Shown here piece by piece: positions 31,373-41,131 of a stretch of DNA of 57,574 bases. The stretch comes from Flavobacterium sp. (GTDB taxonomy: Bacteria; Bacteroidota; Bacteroidia; Flavobacteriales; Flavobacteriaceae), in contig NZ_JBMOGV010000001.1 in NCBI RefSeq assembly GCF_049318185.1, forward strand, positions 1 to 57,574, in the 5' to 3' direction. The notes beneath the pieces are model-generated. The model was not told the DNA's origin, did not search any database, and saw only the letters and a program-made list of their open reading frames with translations. The stretch's first letter is position 1; every line of letters begins with the position of its first letter. The translations under genes and the position numbers were made by a program.

Positions 31373-32485
31373 ATGAAATACTATATCATAGCAGGAGAAG
31401 CTTCAGGCGATTTACATGGTTCAAATTTGATGAAAGCATTGTATCTTCAAGACACCAATGCAGAAATTAGATTTTGGGGAGGCGATTTAATGCAAAATGT
31501 AGGCGGAACTTTAGTTAAACATTATCGTGAATTAGCTTTTATGGGTTTTGCTGAAGTAGTAATGAACTTGAAAACTATTCTAAACAACATCAAAATTTGT
31601 AAAGACGATATAGTACAATTCAATCCAGATGTAATTATTTTTATAGATTATCCTGGCTTTAACATGAGAATTGCCAGATGGGCTAAACTCAAAGGAATAA
31701 AAACCCATTATTATATCGCACCACAAATTTGGGCTTGGAAAGAAAATAGAATTAAAGCCATTAAAAGAGATGTTGACAAACTATTTGTTATCCTTCCATT
31801 TGAAAAAGATTTTTTTGAAGTAAAGCATAATTTTCCTGTTAATTTTGTGGGTCATCCTTTGATTGACGCTATTCACAATAGAGAAAAAACAGATGAAGTT
31901 TCTTTTAGAAAAAATAACAATCTTGATGAAAGACCTATAATTGCCATTCTTCCAGGTAGCCGAAAACAGGAAATTTCAAAAATGCTAAGTGTAATGCTAA
32001 GTATTGTAGATGATTTTAATGATTATCAATTTGTCATTGCAGGTGCTCCAAGTCAAGATTTTCATTTTTATGAACAGTTCTTGACCAATAAAAATGTAAA
32101 ATTTATTGCCAATAAAACTTATGATTTATTAACCATTGCAAAAGCAGCATTAGTAACATCGGGAACTGCAACTTTAGAAACTTCATTATTCAAAGTACCC
32201 GAAGTAGTTTGCTATAAAGGAAGTTGGGCTTCCTATCAAATTGCAAAACGAATTATTACTTTAAAATATATTTCGTTGGTCAATCTTATCATGGATAAAG
32301 AGGTGGTTACAGAACTTATACAAGATAAATTCAATACAAAAAATTTAAAAAAAGAACTTTCAAAACTTTTGGAAGATGACTATAGAAAAACACTATTAGA
32401 GGATTATGATGTGCTAGAAACCAAACTGGGCGGTATTGGTGCCAGTGAAAAAACTGCTAAATTAATCCTAAAAAACCTCAAATAG
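31373..32485 (+). CDS. lpxB: Lipid A disaccharide synthase
   Basis: AGEASGDLHG, IDYPGFN, PQIWAW, LPGSR and SGTATLE motifs. Confidence 0.97.
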   Translation: MKYYIIAGEASGDLHGSNLMKALYLQDTNAEIRFWGGDLMQNVGGTLVKHYRELAFMGFAEVVMNLKTILNNIKICKDDIVQFNPDVIIFIDYPGFNMRIARWAKLKGIKTHYYIAPQIWAWKENRIKAIKRDVDKLFVILPFEKDFFEVKHNFPVNFVGHPLIDAIHNREKTDEVSFRKNNNLDERPIIAILPGSRKQEISKMLSVMLSIVDDFNDYQFVIAGAPSQDFHFYEQFLTNKNVKFIANKTYDLLTIAKAALVTSGTATLETSLFKVPEVVCYKGSWASYQIAKRIITLKYISLVNLIMDKEVVTELIQDKFNTKNLKKELSKLLEDDYRKTLLEDYDVLETKLGGIGASEKTAKLILKNLK

Positions 32486-32508
32486 TTGTTATTAAATTTT
32501 ATAAATAG

Positions 32509-32516
32509 TAGTTTTG
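32509..32516 (+). promoter_or_regulatory. -7 box TAGTTTTG for the NlpC/P60 gene
   Basis: TAnnTTTG 17 nt before ATG 32534. Confidence 0.55.
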
Positions 32517-32533
32517 CCACAATACAATTTTGG

Positions 32534-33136
32534 ATGAAAAACATATTTAAAATAGCACTTTTTTCTATTGTTTGCATAAGCAATTCATTTGCCGCAAACA
32601 GTTTGAATAACTCTATATTAAGTTTTAAGTATGATTATCATTATACTACTTCTAATGATACTATAAAAAATAGTAAAACTGATCCCAAAAAAAAGACAAT
32701 ACTTAACAATAAAAACGAAGACGACATCATTATTGATGATGAAAATGACAACTATTTTGTTAAACAATTAATCAATGTTGCTTCAGACAATTTAGGTATT
32801 GTTTATCGGGCTGGAGGAACTTCAAAAAACGGATTTGATTGCTCTGGATTAGTATTTACTACATTCAAAAAATTCGATATTACTTTGCCACGTTCATCAA
32901 ATGAAATGGCAGAGGTTGGTCTTAAAATTGATTTAACAAATGCCAAAAAAGGAGATTTAATTTTCTTCATAAACAGAGGACAGAAAAGAATAAATCACGT
33001 GGGTATAGTGTCGGAAGTTTGTGGTGATGAAGTAAAATTTATTCATTCTTCAACTCAAAGTGGTGTTGTAATTTCTTCTATAAAAGAGCCTTATTATCAA
33101 AGAACTTTCGCTCAAATCAACAGAATTATAGAATAA
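32534..33136 (+). CDS. NlpC/P60 (C40) cell wall peptidase
   Basis: GFDCSG, LPRSS, GDLIFF, HVGI and FIHSS motifs; signal peptide from ATG 32534. Confidence 0.92.
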   Translation: MKNIFKIALFSIVCISNSFAANSLNNSILSFKYDYHYTTSNDTIKNSKTDPKKKTILNNKNEDDIIIDDENDNYFVKQLINVASDNLGIVYRAGGTSKNGFDCSGLVFTTFKKFDITLPRSSNEMAEVGLKIDLTNAKKGDLIFFINRGQKRINHVGIVSEVCGDEVKFIHSSTQSGVVISSIKEPYYQRTFAQINRIIE

Positions 33137-33175
33137 TTTTTTTGTTAAAAACATTTTTTCGTGTAATTTAGTTAC

Positions 33176-35206
33176 ATGAAAATTCTCCAATTTCCATTAA
33201 CAAAAATCTCTTTAGCCTTTATTTTTGGGCTGTTGTTTTTTCAATACTATAAACCTTCCCCAATTATAGTGTTTGGAAGTTTATTAGCTTGCATAATTTT
33301 AGTGCTACTATTTCATTTTAGTCATCAAAATAAAAGAATTATAAGACCTCTTTTTGGTGTTTTTATTTTACTTACTTCTTTTCTTATCGGAATTTCAACT
33401 GCTGTTTTTCATAAAGAAACATTTAATAAAATTCATTACACTAATCAAATTAGAAACTATGAAACACCACATCTTTTAGAAGTAACGGTCAATGAAAAAA
33501 TAAAAAAAACTCAAAAAAATATTCGATTTATAGCTTCCTTACAGAAATTAGACAATAGAACAAGTTTTGGGAAAATTATTCTCAACATTCGCAAACCAAA
33601 TAAAATAGATACTTTAAAAATTGGAACAAGACTTAAAGTCATTGGAGCCATTTATAAAAACAAAGGTGCTTTTAATCCAAATCAATTTGACTATGGTCGA
33701 TATCTTGAAAAACAAGAAATATATGCTCAAGTCTATACAGATAAAAAACAAATAAAAGTTATTGGGAACGAAACTTCAGTTTGGTCAATGTTTTCAAATT
33801 TCAGATCTAAAATCATTAATAATCTGGAACTTTCTAATTTCAAAAATGACGAATTAAATATTCTTATTGCTTTATTGCTCGGACAACAACAAGATATATC
33901 CCCTGAAATTTTAAAAGACTATCAATATGCTGGTGCTGTTCATGTATTATCTGTTTCTGGACTACATGTGGGATTTATATTGCTATTCATCACTTTTATT
34001 TTGAAGCCATTATCCAATTCAAAAAGAAATTCTTTTTTAAAATTAATTATCATTTTAGCCTCTTTATGGACATTTGGAATATTGGCTGGATTATCAGCCT
34101 CTGTGGTCCGTTCGGTGGTGATGTTTTCCTTTGTTACCATTGGGAACAATATCAGAAGAACAGTAAATATATATCATACACTATTGGTTTCTATGCTTTT
34201 GATTTTGCTTTGGAGACCATCATTTTTATTTGATATTGGTTTTCAATTAAGCTATTTAGCTTTGTTTTTTATTCTTTGGCTACAACCATTACTTGCTACA
34301 ATTTGGCAACCAAACAATAAAATCATCAAGTACATTTGGGATATTATCACTGTATCTAGCGCAGCACAAATTGGCGCTATGCCTTTGAGTATTTATTATT
34401 TCCATCAATTTCCTGGATTATTTTTTGTTACGAATATTATCGTGCTGCCTTTATTGGGTATTATAATGGTTTTTGGGTTGCTCGCTATAATTATTGCTTG
34501 TTTTGCAAAAATTCCTTTTTTAGTGGCTAAACCTTTAGAGTTTTTGATTCAATTTTTGAATAATATTATTCATTGGGTTGCTACTTTTGAAACATTTATC
34601 ATCAAAAATATTTCGTTTAATAAAGAAATGCTTTTGGCATCCTACTTGGTGATTATATTAGTTATTCTTTGGTTTAAGAGGCCTAATATTAAAATAATAA
34701 CATTTGCTTTAGTAAGTATTCTTATGCTTCAAAGTATATTTATTTTCAGCAAATACACAATTAAAAACTCTAGTGAATTAATAATCTTCAATGCTAAAAA
34801 ATGCAGCATTATTTCTGAAAGAAAAAATGATTTAGTTACCATCTATAGCAACGATAGCATATTAGAAAATGTGGATTCAAATTTGGCTATTCAATCCTAT
34901 TTGGTGGGCAATTTTTGTAAAATAAAAGAAAAAAGAAATGTTGAAAATCTACTTTATTTTAAAAATAAAAAGATACTTATCATAGACAGTTCTAATGTTT
35001 ATCTTGATGATAAAAAGCCTGATATTATAATTATAATTAACTCACCAAAACTAAATCTGGAACGACTATTTAGAAAATGGAAACCAGAGCAAGTGGTGGT
35101 TGATGGATCGAATTACAAAACCTATATCAAAATTTGGGGGGCAACTTGTAAAAAAGAAAAAATCCCTTTTCACAATACTAATGAAAAGGGATTCTATAAA
35201 ATTTAA
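33176..35206 (+). CDS. comEC: ComEC/Rec2 family competence membrane protein
   Basis: NPNQFDY, HVLSVSGLHV, SVVRS and GFQLSY motifs. Confidence 0.9.
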   Translation: MKILQFPLTKISLAFIFGLLFFQYYKPSPIIVFGSLLACIILVLLFHFSHQNKRIIRPLFGVFILLTSFLIGISTAVFHKETFNKIHYTNQIRNYETPHLLEVTVNEKIKKTQKNIRFIASLQKLDNRTSFGKIILNIRKPNKIDTLKIGTRLKVIGAIYKNKGAFNPNQFDYGRYLEKQEIYAQVYTDKKQIKVIGNETSVWSMFSNFRSKIINNLELSNFKNDELNILIALLLGQQQDISPEILKDYQYAGAVHVLSVSGLHVGFILLFITFILKPLSNSKRNSFLKLIIILASLWTFGILAGLSASVVRSVVMFSFVTIGNNIRRTVNIYHTLLVSMLLILLWRPSFLFDIGFQLSYLALFFILWLQPLLATIWQPNNKIIKYIWDIITVSSAAQIGAMPLSIYYFHQFPGLFFVTNIIVLPLLGIIMVFGLLAIIIACFAKIPFLVAKPLEFLIQFLNNIIHWVATFETFIIKNISFNKEMLLASYLVIILVILWFKRPNIKIITFALVSILMLQSIFIFSKYTIKNSSELIIFNAKKCSIISERKNDLVTIYSNDSILENVDSNLAIQSYLVGNFCKIKEKRNVENLLYFKNKKILIIDSSNVYLDDKKPDIIIIINSPKLNLERLFRKWKPEQVVVDGSNYKTYIKIWGATCKKEKIPFHNTNEKGFYKI

Positions 35207-35215
35207 AGGATTGAA

Positions 35216-35710
35216 TTAAGATTTTTTATTACCTAAAATTTGATCTGCACTAGCTAACCAAGCACTTGGTCCACCAGCAACATATCCTGTACTTCCTAAT
35301 TTTTCAAGGTTTATTTTACCCTCTTTTCTAGTGGCGTTAACAAACCAAACCGTTGGATAACCTTGCACAGCAAAAGTTTGTTGCAATTCCATATTTTGTT
35401 TTTGAATTTCTGCCGGTTGCGGTGTTCTTTTTGGATAATCAAGCTCTACCAAAACCACATTATCTTTTGCCCATTTTTCAAACTCTGGCGTTTTAAATAC
35501 TTCTTTTTGCAAACGCATGCACCATCCGCACCAATCGCTTCCTGTGAAAAATAACAATAATGGCTTCTTAGTTTTTTTGGAAATTTCCATAGCTTTATTC
35601 ATGTCTGTTTGCCATGTTAATTGCTTCGCCTGTTCGCTTTCGCTCGAGCCTTGTGCTTGTATCGTTAAACTTCCTAAAACTAGGAATAACGTTAGTGCTA
35701 ATTTTTTCAT
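35216..35710 (-). CDS. Exported thioredoxin-fold protein (CGWC)
   Basis: Signal peptide, FTGSDWCGWC and VQGYPT motifs. Confidence 0.9.
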   Translation of the reverse strand: MKKLALTLFLVLGSLTIQAQGSSESEQAKQLTWQTDMNKAMEISKKTKKPLLLFFTGSDWCGWCMRLQKEVFKTPEFEKWAKDNVVLVELDYPKRTPQPAEIQKQNMELQQTFAVQGYPTVWFVNATRKEGKINLEKLGSTGYVAGGPSAWLASADQILGNKKS

Positions 35711-35729
35711 GATTACTTTATTTTTTTTA

Positions 35730-35737
35730 CAAATATA
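35730..35737 (-). promoter_or_regulatory. -7 box TATATTTG for the thioredoxin gene
   Basis: CAAATATA on the + strand, 19 nt upstream of the start. Confidence 0.6.
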
Positions 35738-35764
35738 TACAAAAACAATACCAAATACTGTCTG

Positions 35765-37276
35765 CTATCTTACTTCTTGCATCAATTTTTTGACAAAAGG
35801 TGAAATTAATAGTAAAACTATTCCAGCTAGTAACGCATAGACAGCCAATTGCTTATAACCATCAGCATAGACAATTAATTTTTCAAGATTGGAAGAGTTT
35901 TCAGAAGCTTCAGCAATATTAGCCCCAAGCAATCCAGCAAAATATTGTCCATAAGCACTGGCTAAAAACCACATTCCCATAATTACGGCTTGAAGTTTTT
36001 GTGGCGATAGTTTTGTCATCGCACTCATGCCTATTGGAGACAAACACAATTCACCAAAAGTGATAACAAACCAACCAAAAGTGAATAATCCTAATGAAGT
36101 TCTTCCATCTGGCCCAGCAAAAAATTTAGTGTAATAAAATATCCAAAAACCAGCAGCAAGAAATAAAAACCCTAGTCCAAACTTAACAACTGTATTTGGT
36201 TCTATTTTCTTTTTTGCCATCCAAATCCATAAAATTCCTAACAAACCTGCAAAAATAATTACAAATAAAGCTCCAGATGAATTATTAACCCCGTTAGGAT
36301 CAACTTCGATACCTAGAAGCTTGATTTGTAAATTATTAGCAGCAAAAAGACTTAGCGATCCACCACTTTGTTCATAGAATGCCCAAAAGAAAATTGAAAA
36401 AATAATAAATACCAAAGCTGCCAAAAGTTTTTTATTTTCGGTAGCAGAAAAATTACGCATTTCATAAAACAAATAAAGTATAGACGCTGGACCGATAATC
36501 ATCATAAAATAATCGGTGTAAACGGTATTGGCTACCATTAAAATAATAATTGGAATTAATGCTAATGAACCTATATAGGTCAATACTTCATAACCTTTTC
36601 TTTTAGATTTTTCGATATTCAATAGAGGAGACAATCCAATCTCACCCAAACTTTTTTGGGTTTGTGTAAAGGTTAATATACTAATAAACATAAGAATTGC
36701 TGCAAAACCAAAGGCATAATTCCAACGAAAGTTTTCAGGAACGAATCCTGACCAAAGATTACCATTCGCTACTGCAATACAAACATATCCGCCAAGTAGT
36801 GCTCCAAGATTAATTCCGGCATAGAAAAGCGAAAACCCTGCGTCTCGCCTTACATCACCGTCTTTATATAATTGGCCAACCATGGATGAAATGTTAGGTT
36901 TAAAGAAACCCGTACCAACAATTGAAAACCCAATTCCTGTAAAAAATAATTCTTTTGGACTTACGGCTAAAATCACACTCCCTATTATCATCAAAATGCC
37001 ACCCCAAAAAAGCGACTTTCGTAATCCTAAAATTTTATCTGCAAACAAACCACCAATAAAAGTAAAGGCATACACCCAAGCTTGTGTGGCACCATATTGT
37101 AAGTTTGCAGTTGTCTCATCCATTTTAAGTTGGCTTACCATAAAAACGGCCAACATTCCGCGCATTCCATAGAAACTAAATCGTTCCCACATTTCGCTGA
37201 AAAATAAATACCAGAGTTGTTTTGGATATTTTCCTTTAAAATTTTGAATTTGTTCTATAGTTTGATTTGCTTCCAT
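35765..37276 (-). CDS. POT/PTR family di/tripeptide MFS transporter (paralog 1)
   Basis: EMWERFSFYGMR, GFFKPN, FY.GINLG, YEQ and GELCLSP motifs. Confidence 0.93.
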   Translation of the reverse strand: MEANQTIEQIQNFKGKYPKQLWYLFFSEMWERFSFYGMRGMLAVFMVSQLKMDETTANLQYGATQAWVYAFTFIGGLFADKILGLRKSLFWGGILMIIGSVILAVSPKELFFTGIGFSIVGTGFFKPNISSMVGQLYKDGDVRRDAGFSLFYAGINLGALLGGYVCIAVANGNLWSGFVPENFRWNYAFGFAAILMFISILTFTQTQKSLGEIGLSPLLNIEKSKRKGYEVLTYIGSLALIPIIILMVANTVYTDYFMMIIGPASILYLFYEMRNFSATENKKLLAALVFIIFSIFFWAFYEQSGGSLSLFAANNLQIKLLGIEVDPNGVNNSSGALFVIIFAGLLGILWIWMAKKKIEPNTVVKFGLGFLFLAAGFWIFYYTKFFAGPDGRTSLGLFTFGWFVITFGELCLSPIGMSAMTKLSPQKLQAVIMGMWFLASAYGQYFAGLLGANIAEASENSSNLEKLIVYADGYKQLAVYALLAGIVLLLISPFVKKLMQEVR

Positions 37277-37278
37277 AA

Positions 37279-38937
37279 TTAATTTATTCCGTGGTCTTTC
37301 ATTACTTTATTTAAGTTTTTTACAAGAGCAAACATTAGTATTGTAGCAAATAGTAAAAGTCCAAAATTTATCCAAAAGAAATTGGCTTTGTCATCATATT
37401 GATCCCACATGCTAGCTAAAACACCGCTTAATTTATTTCCGATGGATGTGGCTAAAAACCATCCTCCCATCATTAAAGCAGTTATGTTTTTAGGAGATAA
37501 TTTAGAAACTATGGACAATCCCATTGGACTTAAAAATAATTCTCCAATAGTTATTACTCCATAATTAGCAACTAGCCACCAAACGGATACTTTCTCGGTT
37601 CCATTATTTCCAATATGAACTGCGGCAACCATTACCAATACTGATAAAGCAGATATTAATAATCCGAAGGCGATTTTGGTTGGAGTTGATGGTTCTTTTT
37701 TTCTACTTCGTAAAAAAGTAAAGAACGCAACAACCAATGGTGTTAAAATTATCACCCAACCAGGATTGATGGATTGGCTCAAATTAGTTGCCCAAAGTGA
37801 CAATGTTGCTCCTTCTTGTGGCAGTTTTTCTTTTTCAACATTTCTGAAATAAACCGGATAATTTACTTCTTTTTTTACCACACCGTTTTCTTTTTGAAGT
37901 CGGAAACTAGCATCATATAATTCCGTTGAATCCTTTTTAAATTCTACATCTTTTGATAATTTTAAAGTACTAAAAACAGCTTGAGTATTTCCAGTAATTT
38001 CTCTATCAGTATATCTGTCAGCCCAAGTGTTTAATGCAGAACCGTTTAATTTAAATACTGCCCAAAACAAAATTACGACGGCAAATATGGAAAGCAAAGC
38101 ACCAATCGGTCTTTTTTCTTCGGTTTTGGCTTTGAAATACAAACTTCCGTAAAAAATAATTATTGGAATACAAGCAAAGATAAAAGCATCGGTACTATCG
38201 GAACCAAAAATGTAACTATTGAGATTATCATCAGATTGAACCCCTTTTATCAACCAGCCAATAACTCCAAAAACTACAGAAGGTAAAAGAATAAATAATA
38301 CAATTTTAAAAAATGGCATATCGCCTTGTTGGATTCCTTTCTTTTCGGTTTTATCGCCATAGTGTTTTGTTCCGATTAAAAAAACAATAACACCAATAAA
38401 CATTCCAACTCCAGCTGCCATAAACGCGTATTGCCAACCTAAAAGAATTTGCAATGCAGCGCCAAAGAAATTACAAATAAACGCGCCAACATTAATTCCC
38501 ATATAGAAAATATTATATCCCTCATCTTTCTTGTCTTTGTATTGATCGTCGTTGTAGAAATTACCTAGCAAAGTTGAAATATTAGGTTTGAAAAATCCGT
38601 TACCCACAATTACTAAAGTCATGGCAATATAAAGCATCACGATATCATGGATTCCCATCATAAAATAACCCACACCCATCATTAAGCCACCAATAACAAT
38701 AGATTTTCTATAGCCCAAATACCTATCGGCTACCAAGCCACCAACAAATGGTGTTAAAAATACCAAGGCAATAAAAGTTCCGTATAAATCGGACGCTTCT
38801 TTTTCTGTCATGGCAAAACCAGCTTCGACATCTTTAAGGTATAAAGTAAAAATCCCAATCATTAAATAGTATCCAAAACGTTCCCACATTTCGGACAAAA
38901 ACAAATAAGGCAGTGCTTTAGGATGACTTTTCCACAT
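37279..38937 (-). CDS. POT/PTR family peptide MFS transporter (paralog 2, divergent)
   Basis: EMWERFGYY, GNGFFKPN, FYMGINVG and GELFLSP motifs. Confidence 0.9.
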   Translation of the reverse strand: MWKSHPKALPYLFLSEMWERFGYYLMIGIFTLYLKDVEAGFAMTEKEASDLYGTFIALVFLTPFVGGLVADRYLGYRKSIVIGGLMMGVGYFMMGIHDIVMLYIAMTLVIVGNGFFKPNISTLLGNFYNDDQYKDKKDEGYNIFYMGINVGAFICNFFGAALQILLGWQYAFMAAGVGMFIGVIVFLIGTKHYGDKTEKKGIQQGDMPFFKIVLFILLPSVVFGVIGWLIKGVQSDDNLNSYIFGSDSTDAFIFACIPIIIFYGSLYFKAKTEEKRPIGALLSIFAVVILFWAVFKLNGSALNTWADRYTDREITGNTQAVFSTLKLSKDVEFKKDSTELYDASFRLQKENGVVKKEVNYPVYFRNVEKEKLPQEGATLSLWATNLSQSINPGWVIILTPLVVAFFTFLRSRKKEPSTPTKIAFGLLISALSVLVMVAAVHIGNNGTEKVSVWWLVANYGVITIGELFLSPMGLSIVSKLSPKNITALMMGGWFLATSIGNKLSGVLASMWDQYDDKANFFWINFGLLLFATILMFALVKNLNKVMKDHGIN

Positions 38938-38951
38938 AATAGTTAAGTTTT

Positions 38952-38982
38952 AAAAAAAACCTCCAAGGAAAGTTGGAGGTTT
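38952..38982 (-). terminator. Intrinsic terminator between POT paralogs 3 and 2
   Basis: AAACCTCCAA-ggaaag-TTGGAGGTTT with a U8 tract on the - strand. Confidence 0.75.
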
Positions 38983-39012
38983 GAAAGATATAAAATTATT
39001 TTTAGAAAGAGT

Positions 39013-40536
39013 TTATCTGTTTTCAACTTCTAAATCAACACCTTCTACATGATCATTGTGCATTCTTTTTTCTAACCAAGAGCTTAGTACAAAAAGAATT
39101 GCTGATGCTACACCTGACATTATTATAAATAGAACAAAAAACTCATATAAATTAGTGATTTGAAAACCTATAAATGAGGTTGCTCCACCAGTTCCGTCTT
39201 CTCCACCAGGAATTAATGCACTCAGTGTTCCTGCAAATTTATTTGCTGCAGCATTTGCTAAAAACCATGTACCCATCATTAAGGAAGATAAACGTAAAGG
39301 TGCCAATTTTGAAACCATTGACAATCCAATAGGTGACAAACATAATTCTCCTATAGTATGAATTACATATAAACCTATTAACCACCACATAGATACTTTT
39401 TCTCCAAGTCCTAATCCTTTAACAGCAATAGCAATAACAACATATCCCATAGCTACTAATCCTAGACCTATTGCCATTTTTTTTGGCGATGATGGTTCTA
39501 ACTTTCTAGCATATAAAAATCCCCAAACGATTGTCATTATTGGTGCAAGTGCAATAACTGCTAAAGGATTCACCGATTGAAAATAAGAGGCAGGCATTTC
39601 CCAACCAAATAAAGTTCTTTCTGTTTGTCTATCGGCAAATAAAGTTAACGAAGCACCAGCTTGTTCAAACGCACCCCAAAAGAAAATCACGAAGAAAGCC
39701 AAGATAAAAATTACAGTTATTCGTTGTGTTTCAATTTTTGATAAACTTTTATCGCTAAAAATTAAAATTGGCATGGCAACCATTGCACCGTAAATAAAGT
39801 AGCTGATGATATCTAAATCACTTTTAAACATTTGTTTAAAATTCAACATAAAGAAGATTATGGCGATGGATCCAATTATCATTCCAACACTCTTAACATC
39901 TAATTTTTTTACTGGTAAACCAATTTCTTTTCCCTCTTCAGAAATAAGATATTTTTTTTGACCAAGAACAAATGCAACAAGTCCTATCAACATGCCTACT
40001 CCAGCAGCTAGAAATCCCCATTTGAAATCCATAGATCCACAAACTAATGGCGAAAAGAAAGCACCAAGGTTAATTCCCATGTAAAAAATGGTGAAGGCGC
40101 TATCAATTCTTCTGTCATTGGCTGGATACAATTGACCAACCATTGTAGAAATATTTGGTTTAAAGAAACCATTTCCAATAATAATGGCTGTTAATCCCAT
40201 CCACATTAATGAAACTCCACCATTTACTCCAGCAGAAGCGCTAAAGAACATAAAAAACTGACCCATTGCCATCAATAATCCTCCAATAACAATACTTCGT
40301 CTGTTTCCTAAAAATTTGTCACACAAATAACCTCCCAAAAGTGGCGTTAAATATACTAATCCGGTATAGCTTCCATAAATTTCAGAAGCATCTGCATCTT
40401 TCATTAATAATACTTTAGTCATAAAGAGAATGAAGATTGCTCTCATTCCATAATAACTAAATCGTTCCCACATTTCTGTAAAGAAAAGAAAGTACAATCC
40501 TTTTGGATGTCCTGTTTTTACTGTTGTTTCACTCAT
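39013..40536 (-). CDS. POT/PTR family di/tripeptide MFS transporter (paralog 3)
   Basis: GHPKGL, EMWERFSYYGMR, GFFKPN, FEQAG and GELCLSP motifs. Confidence 0.94.
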   Translation of the reverse strand: MSETTVKTGHPKGLYFLFFTEMWERFSYYGMRAIFILFMTKVLLMKDADASEIYGSYTGLVYLTPLLGGYLCDKFLGNRRSIVIGGLLMAMGQFFMFFSASAGVNGGVSLMWMGLTAIIIGNGFFKPNISTMVGQLYPANDRRIDSAFTIFYMGINLGAFFSPLVCGSMDFKWGFLAAGVGMLIGLVAFVLGQKKYLISEEGKEIGLPVKKLDVKSVGMIIGSIAIIFFMLNFKQMFKSDLDIISYFIYGAMVAMPILIFSDKSLSKIETQRITVIFILAFFVIFFWGAFEQAGASLTLFADRQTERTLFGWEMPASYFQSVNPLAVIALAPIMTIVWGFLYARKLEPSSPKKMAIGLGLVAMGYVVIAIAVKGLGLGEKVSMWWLIGLYVIHTIGELCLSPIGLSMVSKLAPLRLSSLMMGTWFLANAAANKFAGTLSALIPGGEDGTGGATSFIGFQITNLYEFFVLFIIMSGVASAILFVLSSWLEKRMHNDHVEGVDLEVENR

Positions 40537-40593
40537 AATATTGGTTTTTGTTTGTTTTGGTTAATTGTAATTTTCTTTTTTAAATCTAATTCT

Positions 40594-41124
40594 TTATTTA
40601 TTATATCCAATTTTATATCTTTCGCTTTGAGTTGCAATTTCTTTATTTTCTGTCATTAAACATTGAATTGCTTCAAAGATATCTTCAAATTGACTATCAT
40701 ATTTACTTTCTAAATCTTTTATTTGGGTTTGTAAATTTTCTATATTCAAAAGTGTTCTTCTTAACGCTACAAAAGCTCTTACGATTGCAATGTTCATTTT
40801 TCTGGCTTTTGGACTTCTCAATACACTGGCCAACATGGTAACTCCGTGTTCGGTAAATGCATAGGGTGGTGCGCTCTTATTTCTTTTTGATGCGATCACA
40901 GTTTGTGATGGCATTAACGTAAACATTGACGATGCAGTCATTTCTTCCCATTCCTCTTTTGTCAACCTAAACATAAAATCCTCTAGAAAACTATTGGTAT
41001 TTCTTTTAATCGCTTGATTCAAAACACGCGTTTCAACTTCGTATAGTTCAGCCAAATCATAATCAAGCATTACTTTAATGCCATTTACTTCATATATTTT
41101 ATCTTGAATAGTTACTAAATGCAT
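40594..41124 (-). CDS. ORF6N-domain (KilA-N-related) DNA-binding protein
   Basis: KVMLDYDLAELYEVETRVLNQAIKRN..F.EDFMFRLT and PYAFTEHGVTMLASVLRS motifs; coiled coil; terminal KIGY. Confidence 0.9.
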   Translation of the reverse strand: MHLVTIQDKIYEVNGIKVMLDYDLAELYEVETRVLNQAIKRNTNSFLEDFMFRLTKEEWEEMTASSMFTLMPSQTVIASKRNKSAPPYAFTEHGVTMLASVLRSPKARKMNIAIVRAFVALRRTLLNIENLQTQIKDLESKYDSQFEDIFEAIQCLMTENKEIATQSERYKIGYNK

Positions 41125-41131
41125 GAACGAT

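Noticed and set aside
34700-35206. ComEC C-terminus lacks an HxHxDH metallo-beta-lactamase motif (possible pseudogene)
   Set aside because: The ORF is uninterrupted and ComEC proteins without a catalytic C-domain are common; competence cannot be inferred either.
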